Positions 21,086 to 29,880 of a DNA stretch of 64,000 nucleotides are shown here, piece after piece; the first letter of the stretch is position 1, and the number at the start of each line of letters is the position of its first letter. A model generated the notes under the pieces. The model did no database searches and was not told the DNA's origin. It worked only from the letters and a program-made list of their open reading frames with translations. This stretch comes from Myxococcota bacterium (GTDB taxonomy: Bacteria > Myxococcota_A > UBA9160 > UBA4427): the NCBI GenBank assembly GCA_965250285.1, contig OZ252299.1, forward strand, positions 1,152,001 to 1,216,000, in the 5' to 3' direction. A program made the position numbers and the translations under genes.

Positions 21086-21113
21086 TTGACGCGGCGCCGG
21101 GGCCGCGTACTCT
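21086..21113 (+). promoter_or_regulatory. Candidate sigma70 promoter for tRNA-Cys
   Basis: TTGACG-N16-TACTCT, about 55 nt upstream of the tRNA. Confidence 0.5.
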
Positions 21114-21168
21114 CTGCGGTCCTTCCACGCCGGGCGTGCGCGTTCGCCTGGCCGGGCGCAAGCCCCGA

Positions 21169-21242
21169 GGCGGCGTAGCCAAGTGGTAAGGCACGGGCCT
21201 GCAAAGCCCTGATCACCGGTTCGAATCCGGTCGCCGCCTCCA
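21169..21242 (+). tRNA. tRNA-Cys(GCA)
   Basis: GGCGGCG/CGCCGCC acceptor stem, CTGCAAA anticodon loop, GGTTCGAATCC, encoded CCA. Confidence 0.97.
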
Positions 21243-21291
21243 CTTCGCCTCCCCCATCCATCCTCCCCGCTCGTCCGCCGCCTGCGACCTG

Positions 21292-21485
21292 GTGCGCTCC
21301 GTGACGTGATGCGACGGGTGTTCGGACGATGCCCCCGTTCGGGCGTGCGCCGTGGCCGTCGACCTGTTTGCACGCGAGTTTCGTCCTCGAAGCGAGACCG
21401 TTCGAGCGTCTGCTTGGGTGGCAGCTTCACGGCCACGTCGAACACGCGTGCTGCTGGTGGCACGCGATCGTCTAAGCTGAACCGA
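21292..21485. repeat. Dispersed ~195-bp non-coding repeat, copy 1
   Basis: Aligns end to end with 22998-23193; about 24 substitutions plus one 2-nt indel by manual count. Confidence 0.9.
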
Positions 21486-21802
21486 CTTGTACGTCTGGCA
21501 GATCCGGTTGCCGTTGGCGAACGATGGCATGAGTCGGCGCGAACCCTTCGTTGCTGCGCGGCCGGCGCTCGGCCATGCGCGTCGGAGCCCGGCTCAGGCC
21601 CGTCGCCGTCAGGCGCATCGCTCGAGCCCTTCCCGATCGGTCCCCTCGATGACGCCGCCGCCCGCCCCACGCGGGGGTCGGGTCGGCCGCCATGCGCAGG
21701 CCCGGGTCCCTGCAGTAGACTCGCGCGCCGCCGCTCGCGAGCGCCATCGACGCCCAACGCGGTGACGAACGACGACGTCGGTCTCCTTCACGCATACGTC
21801 CG

Positions 21803-22777
21803 ATGCGTTCCGGCGGACTACGAGGGGCGGTCAAGCTGCGACTCTGGGGCATCACATTCTTCTTCAACCCGTCCCGCTCGGTTTTGCGGAGCGAGAACTA
21901 TCGAGTGTTCCGCGAGGCGTCGCGCCGCCAGGGGCTCCCGCTGCTCGCGATCGAGCTCGCGTTCGGAGACGACGCGTTCGAGCTGAAGCCCGGCGTCGAC
22001 GCCGAGATCCTGGTTCAGAAGCGCGCCCGCAGCGTCCTGTGGCAGAAGGAGCGAATCGTCAATCTCGCAGTCGAATCGCTGCCGCCCGAGGCCGAGTTCG
22101 TCTGCTGGATCGATGCGGACCTCGTCTTCGACGATGACGATTGGATTGCCGAGACCGAGGCGCTGCTCGCGAGCAACGTGGCGGTCCAGCCGTTCTCTCA
22201 GATCATCTTTCTGCCCGAGGGCGGCCGTGTCGAGGACTTTCCGAGTCGCGAGATCGGGCGGTCGATTTCGAGAGGATCTCACGAGGGACACTTCGACGAT
22301 TCGGTCGCGTATCGACTCAAGGGCTGGCGCCGCAAGTTCGCCGGCGTGACCGGCGGCGCCTGGGCGACGCGACGCGGCTTCCTCGAGGACGTGGGCCTCT
22401 ACGATCGGTGCGTCGTCGGCGGCGGAGACCGCGAGTTCTCGCTGGCCATCGGCTACCGACCGGGGCGAGCCCCGCTGCAGCGGGTCAAGATTCACCACCC
22501 GCCCGTGCGCGCGCACATCCTCGACTGGCAGCGACGGGTCCACGAGTGCGTCGGCCGTCGCTTCACGTGCCGAAAGGGCGTCATCCACCATCTCTGGCAC
22601 GGCAATCGAGAGCGTCGGCAGTACGACGATCGCCACAAGATCCTGGCCGAGCACGACTTCGACCCCGAGACCGACCTCGTGCTCGACGAAGAAGGCTGCT
22701 GGACCTGGGCGCCGGGTCGGGAAGCACTGGCCAGCGCGGTCGAGCGATACTTCGATTCACGCGACGACGACGGCTGA
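21803..22777 (+). CDS. Putative GT-A fold glycosyltransferase-like protein
   Basis: WQKERIVN...WIDAD (DxD)...VQPF...GGGDRE...HLWHG pattern resembling GT2/GT7-like folds. Confidence 0.7.
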   Translation: MRSGGLRGAVKLRLWGITFFFNPSRSVLRSENYRVFREASRRQGLPLLAIELAFGDDAFELKPGVDAEILVQKRARSVLWQKERIVNLAVESLPPEAEFVCWIDADLVFDDDDWIAETEALLASNVAVQPFSQIIFLPEGGRVEDFPSREIGRSISRGSHEGHFDDSVAYRLKGWRRKFAGVTGGAWATRRGFLEDVGLYDRCVVGGGDREFSLAIGYRPGRAPLQRVKIHHPPVRAHILDWQRRVHECVGRRFTCRKGVIHHLWHGNRERRQYDDRHKILAEHDFDPETDLVLDEEGCWTWAPGREALASAVERYFDSRDDDG

Positions 22778-22997
22778 CCGCTCCACTCCGCCTCGAGCCC
22801 AGACGAGACCACGTTTCGTCTCGAACCCGCGCGTGCGTACCCGGAGACGCTCTGGTGCGAGCGCGCGAGCTGCGCGCGTCGCCTCGAATCGCTCGGCCCG
22901 GGCCGCCGTACGGTGACGCCGCGCGGTCAGCTGATTGCCCCGCGTCGCCGGCCCCGACCCACCGGGTGGCTTCGATGCCCGCCGGCGACGAGTCTCT

Positions 22998-23193
22998 GTG
23001 CGCTCCGTCACGTGATGCGACGGGCGTTCGGACGATCCCCCCGTGCGGGCGCGCACCGTGGCAGTCGACCTGTCTGCATGCGAGCTGCGTTCTCGAAGCG
23101 CGAGACCGGTCGAGCGTCCGTTCGGGTGGGAGCTTCACGTCCACGTCACACACGCGTGCCGCCCGTGGCACGCGATCGTCTATGCTGAACCGA
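22998..23193. repeat. Dispersed ~195-bp non-coding repeat, copy 2
   Basis: Same orientation as copy 1; ends about 40 nt before the S41 peptidase ATG. Confidence 0.9.
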
Positions 23194-23234
23194 TTCGCCG
23201 CCGGCTCGGCGGCGCCGTCGAGGATCGAGGCCCG

Positions 23235-24581
23235 ATGCCGACCCGTCGTCCCCCGTCGCACCGCTTCGCCCGCCGCGCGCTCGCGGTCTGCGTGCTGGTG
23301 CTCTCTGCGGGCTGGGCCGGATGCCGCAACGACACGTGCTCGACCGAGATGCACAACGCGTCGCTGTTCCAGCTGATGGAGTACTACTACTTCTTCAACG
23401 GCGAGCCCGACCAGGTCGCGAAGTATCAGGGCGTCGACCCAGCGTCGTTCGCTGGCCCCGAGGCGGTGCTCGACTACCTGCGATACCAGCCCGACCTCTA
23501 CGATCGGGGCTTCACCTACATCACCACGCCTCAGGTCGAAGAGCAGTTTCGCAATGCCGGCCTGCTGGTCGCGTTCGGCATCGGTCTGCTCTCGCCGGCC
23601 GAGGGCGAGCTGTTCGTGTCGTACGTCGAGCCGCTGTCGCCCGCGTGGCGCGCGGGACTCGCGCGCGGGGATCAGCTGATCGAGATCGACGGGGTGACGG
23701 TGGCCGCGCTCGAGGCTTCGGGCGCCACGCGGTCGGCGCTCGGTCCCTCGGTCGAGGGCTATCAGGTGACGTTCCTGGTCGAGAAGGGCGACAGCAGCGG
23801 TCAGCAGGAGATCACGCTCGCGAAGGAGACGATCGTGAGCGACGTCGTGCCCGACGTGTGGGACGTCTTCGACGTCGACGGTGAGGACGTCGGCTATCTG
23901 CTCTTTCACTCGTTCATTCCGCCCGCGATCAGCGAGCTACGCGCTGCCTTCCAGAGCTTCGCCGATGCGGGCGTGACCAAGGTCGTGATCGACCTGCGAT
24001 ACAACGGCGGTGGCCATCTTGCGATCGCCGAGTCGATCATCAACGTCCTGGGCGGCGACGGCAACGTCGGCGAGGTGCAGTACACGGCGCGCTTCAGCTC
24101 GAGTGAGCCGGCCCAGAGTGAGGACGTCGAGTTCGCCGCCGACGAAGACGCCTTTCCGGTCGACACCATCGTCTTCATCACGACGGCTCGCAGTGCTTCG
24201 GCCAGTGAGTTGCTGATCAACGCCCTCGAACCGCATCGCACGGTGCTCGTGGTCGGCGACACGTCGGGCGGCAAGCCCGTCGGGCAGGGCGCGATCGACT
24301 ACTGTTTCGGCGAGTACCGACTGCGTGTCGTCGCATTCGACCTCGTGAACAGCGAGGGCGAGGGCGAGTACTACGCCGGGATCGACGCCGATTGCCCGGC
24401 CATCGACGATCTGGGGAACGCGCTCGGCGATCCCGCCGAGGCGTCGATGGCCACGGCGCTCACCGCCGCCGCGACCGGCGCGTGTCCGCCAGCCACGGCG
24501 CGCGCAGCCACCGCGCCGCGCGCACCGACCGTGCCGGCCTGGCTCGGCCCGACGCCGGTGCCCTGGCTCGACGTCTACTGA
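23235..24581 (+). CDS. S41 family (C-terminal processing) peptidase lipoprotein with a PDZ domain
   Basis: Lipobox WAGC, SPAWRAGLARGD (PDZ), IDLRYNGGG, SASASE and GKPVG motifs. Confidence 0.88.
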   Translation: MPTRRPPSHRFARRALAVCVLVLSAGWAGCRNDTCSTEMHNASLFQLMEYYYFFNGEPDQVAKYQGVDPASFAGPEAVLDYLRYQPDLYDRGFTYITTPQVEEQFRNAGLLVAFGIGLLSPAEGELFVSYVEPLSPAWRAGLARGDQLIEIDGVTVAALEASGATRSALGPSVEGYQVTFLVEKGDSSGQQEITLAKETIVSDVVPDVWDVFDVDGEDVGYLLFHSFIPPAISELRAAFQSFADAGVTKVVIDLRYNGGGHLAIAESIINVLGGDGNVGEVQYTARFSSSEPAQSEDVEFAADEDAFPVDTIVFITTARSASASELLINALEPHRTVLVVGDTSGGKPVGQGAIDYCFGEYRLRVVAFDLVNSEGEGEYYAGIDADCPAIDDLGNALGDPAEASMATALTAAATGACPPATARAATAPRAPTVPAWLGPTPVPWLDVY

Positions 24582-26071
24582 GCCGCCGATCCGGCCGCCT
24601 CGTCTGGCGCGAGCCCGGTGCCCATCAGGTGCACGTAGAACTGCACCATCGGTCCGAGTGAAGCGACGGCGATGCGCTCATCGAGTCCGTGGAATCGCGA
24701 GATGTCGTCGCGATCGACGATGACCGCCGCAAAGCGGTACGTGTCCTCGGTGACGTCCTGGTACTGGCGCGAGTCGGTGCCACCCATCAGCAAGCCGGGG
24801 ACGACGATCGCGTCGGGAAAGATCGTTCGTGCGCTGCGTTCGATGCTCTGCCACGACGCGTTGTCGGTCGACGACACCGACGACGGGTCGCGGCCGATCT
24901 CGCCCGCGCGCACCTCGATGCGATCGTCTTCGACGAGCGCGCGCACGCGCTCGGTGACCGATTCGGCGGTCTCGCCCGGGATCACCCGAAAGTTGACCTT
25001 TGCCGTCGCGGTCTGCGCGAGCACGTTCTCTTTCGGGCTGGCCTCGAGCATCGTCGGGGCGGTCGTCGTGCGCAGCATCGACGCCATGATCGGATCCCGC
25101 CCCGCGGCCGCCCGCGCGATGATCGGATCGAAGAGCCAGCGATTCGCGGTCACGAGCCGCACCGCGAACGGCGACCGGGCGCCGATGCGCTCGATCATCG
25201 TGCCCATCGTGTCGTTGACCGAGGCGGGGAAGGGCGACGCCTGGAGCGCCACGATCGCCTCGGCGAGCGCGCCGACGGCCGTCTCGTCCGGTGGGGTCGA
25301 GCTGTGGCCCCCGTCCGCCGACGCGCTGATATCGAGGGTCAGGTAGCCCTTCTCGGCGACCGCGATCATTGCGATCGGCGCGTCGAGGCCCGGAAGCGTG
25401 CCGACCGAGACCATGCCGCCCTCATCGAGGACGAAGGCGAGGCGCTCGCCGCGCGACTCGAGCAGGCGCGCGATCTCGTGCGCTCCGGCGCCGCCGCCCA
25501 CCTCTTCGTCGTGGCCGAACGCGAGGTAGATCGTGCGCGCGGGCTTCATGTCGCGGGCCAGCATCCACTCGACCGACTCGATCAGCGCGATCATGATGCC
25601 CTTCATGTCGAGGGCGCCCCGGCCCCAGACGTAGCCGTCGTCGACCACGCCACCGAAGGGCGGGTGGGTCCAGGCATCGAGCGTCGAGTCGTCGACGGGC
25701 ACGACGTCCATGTGCGCGAGAAAGGCGACGGGCAGCAGCGACGGGTCGGTGCCCTCCCATTTGAAGAGCAGGCTCTCGCCATTCACCACATCGCGCTCGA
25801 GCGCGGCGTGGGTGAGGGGGTAGGTGGCTGCGAGCCAGTCGTGGAGGGCATGAAAGGCCTCGGCGCTGGCGTGCGGCTCGCCGCGGGCCGAGATCGTCTC
25901 GAACCGAAGGGCTTCGCCCAGATGCCGGGCGACGCGGTCGGCATCGATCTCTGCGAGATCGGCAGGTTCGACGGCGTCTTGCACCGGCGCCTCGGCGCGC
26001 AGCGCGTTCACCACCAGGATCACGAGCAGAGCGGCGAACGCGCCGCCGACGATGAGCAGGGCTCTCTTCAC
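24575..26071 (-). CDS. M20 family peptidase (PM20D1/carboxypeptidase S-like)
   Basis: AHMDVVP, WGRGALDMKG, HDEEVGG, GGHSSTPP, GGTDSR and HGLDERI motifs; N-terminal anchor; GTG start. Confidence 0.9.
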   Translation of the reverse strand: MKRALLIVGGAFAALLVILVVNALRAEAPVQDAVEPADLAEIDADRVARHLGEALRFETISARGEPHASAEAFHALHDWLAATYPLTHAALERDVVNGESLLFKWEGTDPSLLPVAFLAHMDVVPVDDSTLDAWTHPPFGGVVDDGYVWGRGALDMKGIMIALIESVEWMLARDMKPARTIYLAFGHDEEVGGGAGAHEIARLLESRGERLAFVLDEGGMVSVGTLPGLDAPIAMIAVAEKGYLTLDISASADGGHSSTPPDETAVGALAEAIVALQASPFPASVNDTMGTMIERIGARSPFAVRLVTANRWLFDPIIARAAAGRDPIMASMLRTTTAPTMLEASPKENVLAQTATAKVNFRVIPGETAESVTERVRALVEDDRIEVRAGEIGRDPSSVSSTDNASWQSIERSARTIFPDAIVVPGLLMGGTDSRQYQDVTEDTYRFAAVIVDRDDISRFHGLDERIAVASLGPMVQFYVHLMGTGLAPDEAAGSAAQ

Positions 26072-26174
26072 GCTTGATCTCTCCGTGGCGTGCACCAAAG
26101 CGGGCCGGGACTGTGCGGAGACTAGCCCGGTCGCCCCGGCCGCGGCCGCGCGCGCGTTCCGCTGCCCTTGCTGG

Positions 26175-26397
26175 CAAGCGCTCAGCACGCCCTCGAGCGA
26201 GCACGCCCTCGAGACAGACGACGGCGTCGACGCGAGTCGGCATGATCCACGCACGCTTGCGTTCAAGCGCCGAGCATACGCTCGAGACAGACGACGGCGT
26301 CGACGCGATTCGGCATGATCCACGCGCGCTTGCGTTCAAGCGCCGAGCACGCCCTCGAGATAGACCACCGGGTCTTCGCGGATCGGCATGAAGTACA
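26175..26397. repeat. 73-bp tandem repeat derived from the metF 3' end
   Basis: Units start at 26198, 26271 and 26344, with a partial unit at 26175; the third unit is the metF coding end. Confidence 0.9.
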
Positions 26398-27085
26398 CGC
26401 CCTGCTCGCGCCTGCGGGCCCACGCGAGCGCATCGCGACCGAACCGCTGGGCCGCGTCGAGCGTGGGCTCGAACGTGCACGGAAAGACGACGCCGTTCTT
26501 CGTCTCCCAGTAGCGTCGCGACGCCGCACGCGTGACCGGCGAGATGCCCCAGTACATGTCGGTCGAAGGGCCCAGGGCGTCGGCCCAGATCTCCATCCAG
26601 CGCAGATCGAAGAAGGGCTGCGTGAAGAAGCCATCCGCCCCGGCATCGAGCTTGGCGCGCGCCGTCTCGAGCTCGCCGCGAATCGACTGCCTGTAGGGAT
26701 CGAGCGCGGCGTGAATCGTCAGATGGGGCGCGGCGGCCTTGAGCGCCGCGATCAGCTGGGCGCTCGTCGTCGGGTGGACGAGCCGCCCGGGCGTCTGGGG
26801 CGGGTCGCCCCGCACGACGATCACGCGCCGCAGGTCGAGGGCGTCGAGGCGCGCCACCCAGCGATCGATCTCGGCCAGGTCGACATCGAGGGCGCGCAGG
26901 TGCGGGATCGCGTGGGCGAAGCGCGGGCGGGCCAGGGCGCACGCATCCCAGCTGCGCAGGTCGAAGCGCTCGAGATCGGGGATGTTTACCGTGCAGAGCG
27001 CCGGGAACCGTGCGCCGACCGCCTCGAGCTCGGCGCGCAGGCGCTCGGGGCTCCGGGGCACGAGCTCGACCGAGATGCGATCCAT
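26336..27085 (-). CDS. metF: 5,10-methylenetetrahydrofolate reductase (short form)
   Basis: ISVELVP, IPHLRA, VRGDPP, KLDAGADGFFTQPFFD motifs. Confidence 0.8.
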   Translation of the reverse strand: MDRISVELVPRSPERLRAELEAVGARFPALCTVNIPDLERFDLRSWDACALARPRFAHAIPHLRALDVDLAEIDRWVARLDALDLRRVIVVRGDPPQTPGRLVHPTTSAQLIAALKAAAPHLTIHAALDPYRQSIRGELETARAKLDAGADGFFTQPFFDLRWMEIWADALGPSTDMYWGISPVTRAASRRYWETKNGVVFPCTFEPTLDAAQRFGRDALAWARRREQGVYFMPIREDPVVYLEGVLGA

Positions 27086-27125
27086 GCGAAGCCTCCTCCG
27101 GAGGGAGGCAGACTAGCATGGTTGG

Positions 27126-27141
27126 ATCAGCATATCCGGAT
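27126..27141. promoter_or_regulatory. Palindromic operator candidate (SahR/SamR-like) upstream of metF
   Basis: ATCAGCATATCCGGAT (ATC-N10-GAT, AT-rich core), about 40 nt upstream of the metF start. Confidence 0.5.
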
Positions 27142-27169
27142 GTAGTAATTCAGTCTGAGGCCGGCGGGC

Positions 27170-27988
27170 TCACGCCCCGGCGTCGCTCCCTGCGGCAATC
27201 GGCTCGGGCCGGTCGACGTCGTCGGGCTTGACGTCGAGGTGGCGCCCACCCGGCTCGAAGATGCGCGCGCGGGCGAAGCCGCGTCGATGCGCGAAGAGCT
27301 GCAGCGACGTGCCGATCACGCCCAGGCCGTAGGTCACCGAACGGCGGAAGTTGATCGAAGACGCGTCGTCGAAGTAGGCGGCCGGGCAGGTGACCTCGCC
27401 GATCTCGAACTCGGCGTGGATGATCTGGGCGAGCATCTGATTGTCGAACACGAAGTCGTCCGAGTTCTCGAGCAACGGCAGGCGTTCGAGCACCTCGCGC
27501 GTGAACGCGCGGTAGCCCGTGTGGTACTCGGAGAGCTTCGCGCCGCAGAGCAGGTTCTGCGTCGCCGTCAGCAGCCGATTCGCGAAGTACTTGTAGGCCG
27601 GCATGCCGCCGGCCCGCGCCTTGCCGCCGAGGATCCGCGACCCGAGCACCACGTCAAAGGGCCCGTCGGTCAGCATGCTGATCATCGCGGGGATCAGCTT
27701 CGGCGTGTACTGATAATCGGGGTGGAGCATGACGGCGACGTCCGCCCCGAGTCGCAGCGCCTCGGCGTAGCAGGTCTTCTGGTTGGCGCCGTAGCCGCGG
27801 TTCTGCGGATGCACGAGGGTGCGGAGCCCGAGTCGCCGGGCCACCTCCACCGTCTCGTCGGACGACGCGTCGTCGGTCACCACGACCTCGTCGACCAGAT
27901 CCATCGGGATCTCGTCGACGGTCTGCTCGATCGTGCGCGCCGCGTTGTAGGCGGGCATGACGACGACGATCTTCTTGCCGTGGAACAT
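27170..27988 (-). CDS. GT2 glycosyltransferase (polyprenol-phosphate mannosyltransferase-like)
   Basis: [33 protein letters not shown] and EYHTGYRAF motifs. Confidence 0.9.
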   Translation of the reverse strand: MFHGKKIVVVMPAYNAARTIEQTVDEIPMDLVDEVVVTDDASSDETVEVARRLGLRTLVHPQNRGYGANQKTCYAEALRLGADVAVMLHPDYQYTPKLIPAMISMLTDGPFDVVLGSRILGGKARAGGMPAYKYFANRLLTATQNLLCGAKLSEYHTGYRAFTREVLERLPLLENSDDFVFDNQMLAQIIHAEFEIGEVTCPAAYFDDASSINFRRSVTYGLGVIGTSLQLFAHRRGFARARIFEPGGRHLDVKPDDVDRPEPIAAGSDAGA

Positions 27989-28193
27989 GGGGCTTCCGTC
28001 TCTTTCGTACGCCGGTCTCGCACGGCTGTCTCGCACGCCTGCGCCGCATGCCTCCGCCCGGCACACGCTCGCTCGCCGTGATCTGGGCGCCGATGCTTCG
28101 GTCGGCCGAACGATCGTCCGATGCGATGGGGCGCCGTCTCGAGCCGGTTTCGCTCGGCCCGCCGGGCCGAAGGAGTATAGACTCGGGGCCCTT

Positions 28194-28275
28194 GCCCGGG
28201 TGGCGAAATGGTAAACGCGGCCGACTTAAAATCGGCTGTCCACAGGACATGCAGGTTCGAATCCTGCCCCGGGCA
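28194..28275 (+). tRNA. tRNA-Leu(TAA)
   Basis: GCCCGGG/CCCGGGC stem, gccga-CTTAAAA-tcggc anticodon arm, long variable arm, GGTTCGAATCC; CCA not fully encoded. Confidence 0.95.
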
Positions 28276-28325
28276 CCCTCAACCTTCCAGTCTCGACGGA
28301 ACGGCGGTTCTGCCGTGACCGGCCG

Positions 28326-28793
28326 CTAGCCGGTTGCCTCCGCGAGCAGCTCGTCGATGACCGCCGCGAAGTTCGGGTTGAGCTGGGAGCGGTTTCGTTC
28401 GAGGGCCTTTCTGCCGCCGTGCGAACCCACGATGAGTCGCATCGAGGCCTTGAAGCCGGCCCAATACTCGTCGTCGACGAGGCCCCATTCGACCTGCAGC
28501 CAGGCGCTCTCGATGCCGCGCAGGAAGCGCATGACCAGCAACTGAAAGCGGATGCGCTCGTTGCGGTCGAGTGAATCGTAGTCGCTCAATGCGCGGACGT
28601 AGAGGTCGAGCATGACTTCGTCTTCGATGACACGATCGATCCACGACTCGGTCGACTCGCTGATGCGCGTGATGGCCGAGAGCTGATGGCTGCGATTGCT
28701 CTGTCGGATCTGTAGGGCGAGATAGGCGAGCGTCGCGATCGTCGCGATGGCGGCGAGCAGCTCACCGAGGTTGCCGAGCTCTTGCAGGGTCAC
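28326..28793 (-). CDS. Hypothetical protein with an N-terminal membrane helix
   Basis: MTLQELGNLGELLAAIATIATLAYLALQIRQ followed by a helical domain; protein-like composition. Confidence 0.75.
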   Translation of the reverse strand: MTLQELGNLGELLAAIATIATLAYLALQIRQSNRSHQLSAITRISESTESWIDRVIEDEVMLDLYVRALSDYDSLDRNERIRFQLLVMRFLRGIESAWLQVEWGLVDDEYWAGFKASMRLIVGSHGGRKALERNRSQLNPNFAAVIDELLAEATG

Positions 28794-28829
28794 GGCGCGG
28801 TGCGCGCTTCTCTGCGGTGCATCCGTGGC

Positions 28830-29141
28830 TCAGCTCACCACGCCGTGCGCGTCGATGATGCGCTCGCGTACGCCGTCGGTCTCGAGCAGGTCCTCGAGTG
28901 AATCACGGTCGAGGAGCGTGGTGCGGTAGTAGTGAAACTCGGGTTCTTCGATCTCGAGGCGGAAGATCTCGCGCGGCGTCTCGAACACCTGGCGCAGGCG
29001 CAGGTGCTGGCCCGGGCCGCCGGCGAGGATCTGCGCACGCAACGAGTCGACGATGCGGCCTTCGCGGCCGAACGGGTCGAACTCGGCGGGCTCGGATGTG
29101 CGCCGCTTGTTCGTGAGCTTGTAGTTGCCGGGCGGTCTCAT
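28830..29141 (-). CDS. Hypothetical protein
   Basis: About 103-aa protein-like segment (MRPPGNYKLTNKRR...) between co-oriented genes. Confidence 0.65.
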   Translation of the reverse strand: MRPPGNYKLTNKRRTSEPAEFDPFGREGRIVDSLRAQILAGGPGQHLRLRQVFETPREIFRLEIEEPEFHYYRTTLLDRDSLEDLLETDGVRERIIDAHGVVS

Positions 29142-29176
29142 GGGCACATGAGGATACTCGCTCCGGCTCCCGTCGA

Positions 29177-29605
29177 TCAAGCGAAGCGGAAGGACGAAAC
29201 TCCGAAGCGAGATGCTCTGCGCCGCACGAGCGTCCGTCGACGTTGGCGCGATTGCTGCAAAGCGCGAAGCAGCTCGCCGAGTGCGAACAGGTCGGGGCTC
29301 GTCGGCGCGAAGTCGACGCGCAGGCGACCGCCGAGCGACTGGTCGACCTTGCCGCACAAGAGCGCGGGCGCCGAAGTCGTGATCGACCAGCTCACCGTTC
29401 CGTGCAGCTTGAGCGTGCGCTGGTGCGGCAGCGTGAGCACGAGCTCGAGGCCATCGCCGGGCGCCGGTACGACGTCGGCTTCGAGATGGGCTTCGAGGGA
29501 GCTCAGGTGCGTGCAGGTCGCCGACAGGAACTCGCCGTGACCCGTCCGCGCGAGTGCGGCGGGGAGATGAACGCGCAGGCGTTCGGTCTGGAGCCGGAGA
29601 CCCAT
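29177..29605 (-). CDS. PilZ-like domain protein (degenerate)
   Basis: RLQTERLR...THLSS...LELVLTLP...LHGTVSW...LRVDF; AGGAGG RBS. Confidence 0.55.
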   Translation of the reverse strand: MGLRLQTERLRVHLPAALARTGHGEFLSATCTHLSSLEAHLEADVVPAPGDGLELVLTLPHQRTLKLHGTVSWSITTSAPALLCGKVDQSLGGRLRVDFAPTSPDLFALGELLRALQQSRQRRRTLVRRRASRFGVSSFRFA

Positions 29606-29880
29606 CGGTGGTCCTCCTGCCGGGCGCCCACACGCTCGGCCGGCGAGATCACCGGGCGAGGGCAGGGCCTCGCTCCCCGTTTCGGTTTCAGCGATGTGCA
29701 ACTTGAGTGCAGCTTCGCCTGGCCGATGCGCACGCGACCGGCGGTGCGGGGACCCCGCCCCGCGCCAGCCCGTGTGCGGATCAAGCCCCGGTGCCGGCGA
29801 GACGATGAGCGGCGAAGCCTCGAACGGCGACGCGTCATCGCGATTCGCACCGCAGAGGCCGCGAACGGCAGGAGAACGAC

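Noticed and set aside
21458..21472. Sigma54 promoter within the 195-bp repeat (TGGCACGCGATCGTC)
   Set aside because: The -24 box matches, but the -12 TTGC element is absent at the required spacing
26175..26397. Possible CRISPR array
   Set aside because: The units are contiguous tandem copies with no unique spacers, derive from the metF coding end, and have no cas genes nearby
27086..27170. SAM riboswitch upstream of metF
   Set aside because: I recognised no SAM-I, SAM-II, SAM-V or SAM-SAH consensus, and the spacer is only about 85 nt; an Infernal search would be decisive
21169..28275. Integrative element or prophage between tRNA-Cys and tRNA-Leu
   Set aside because: No integrase, transposase or phage gene, and I found no duplicated tRNA 3' end (att site)
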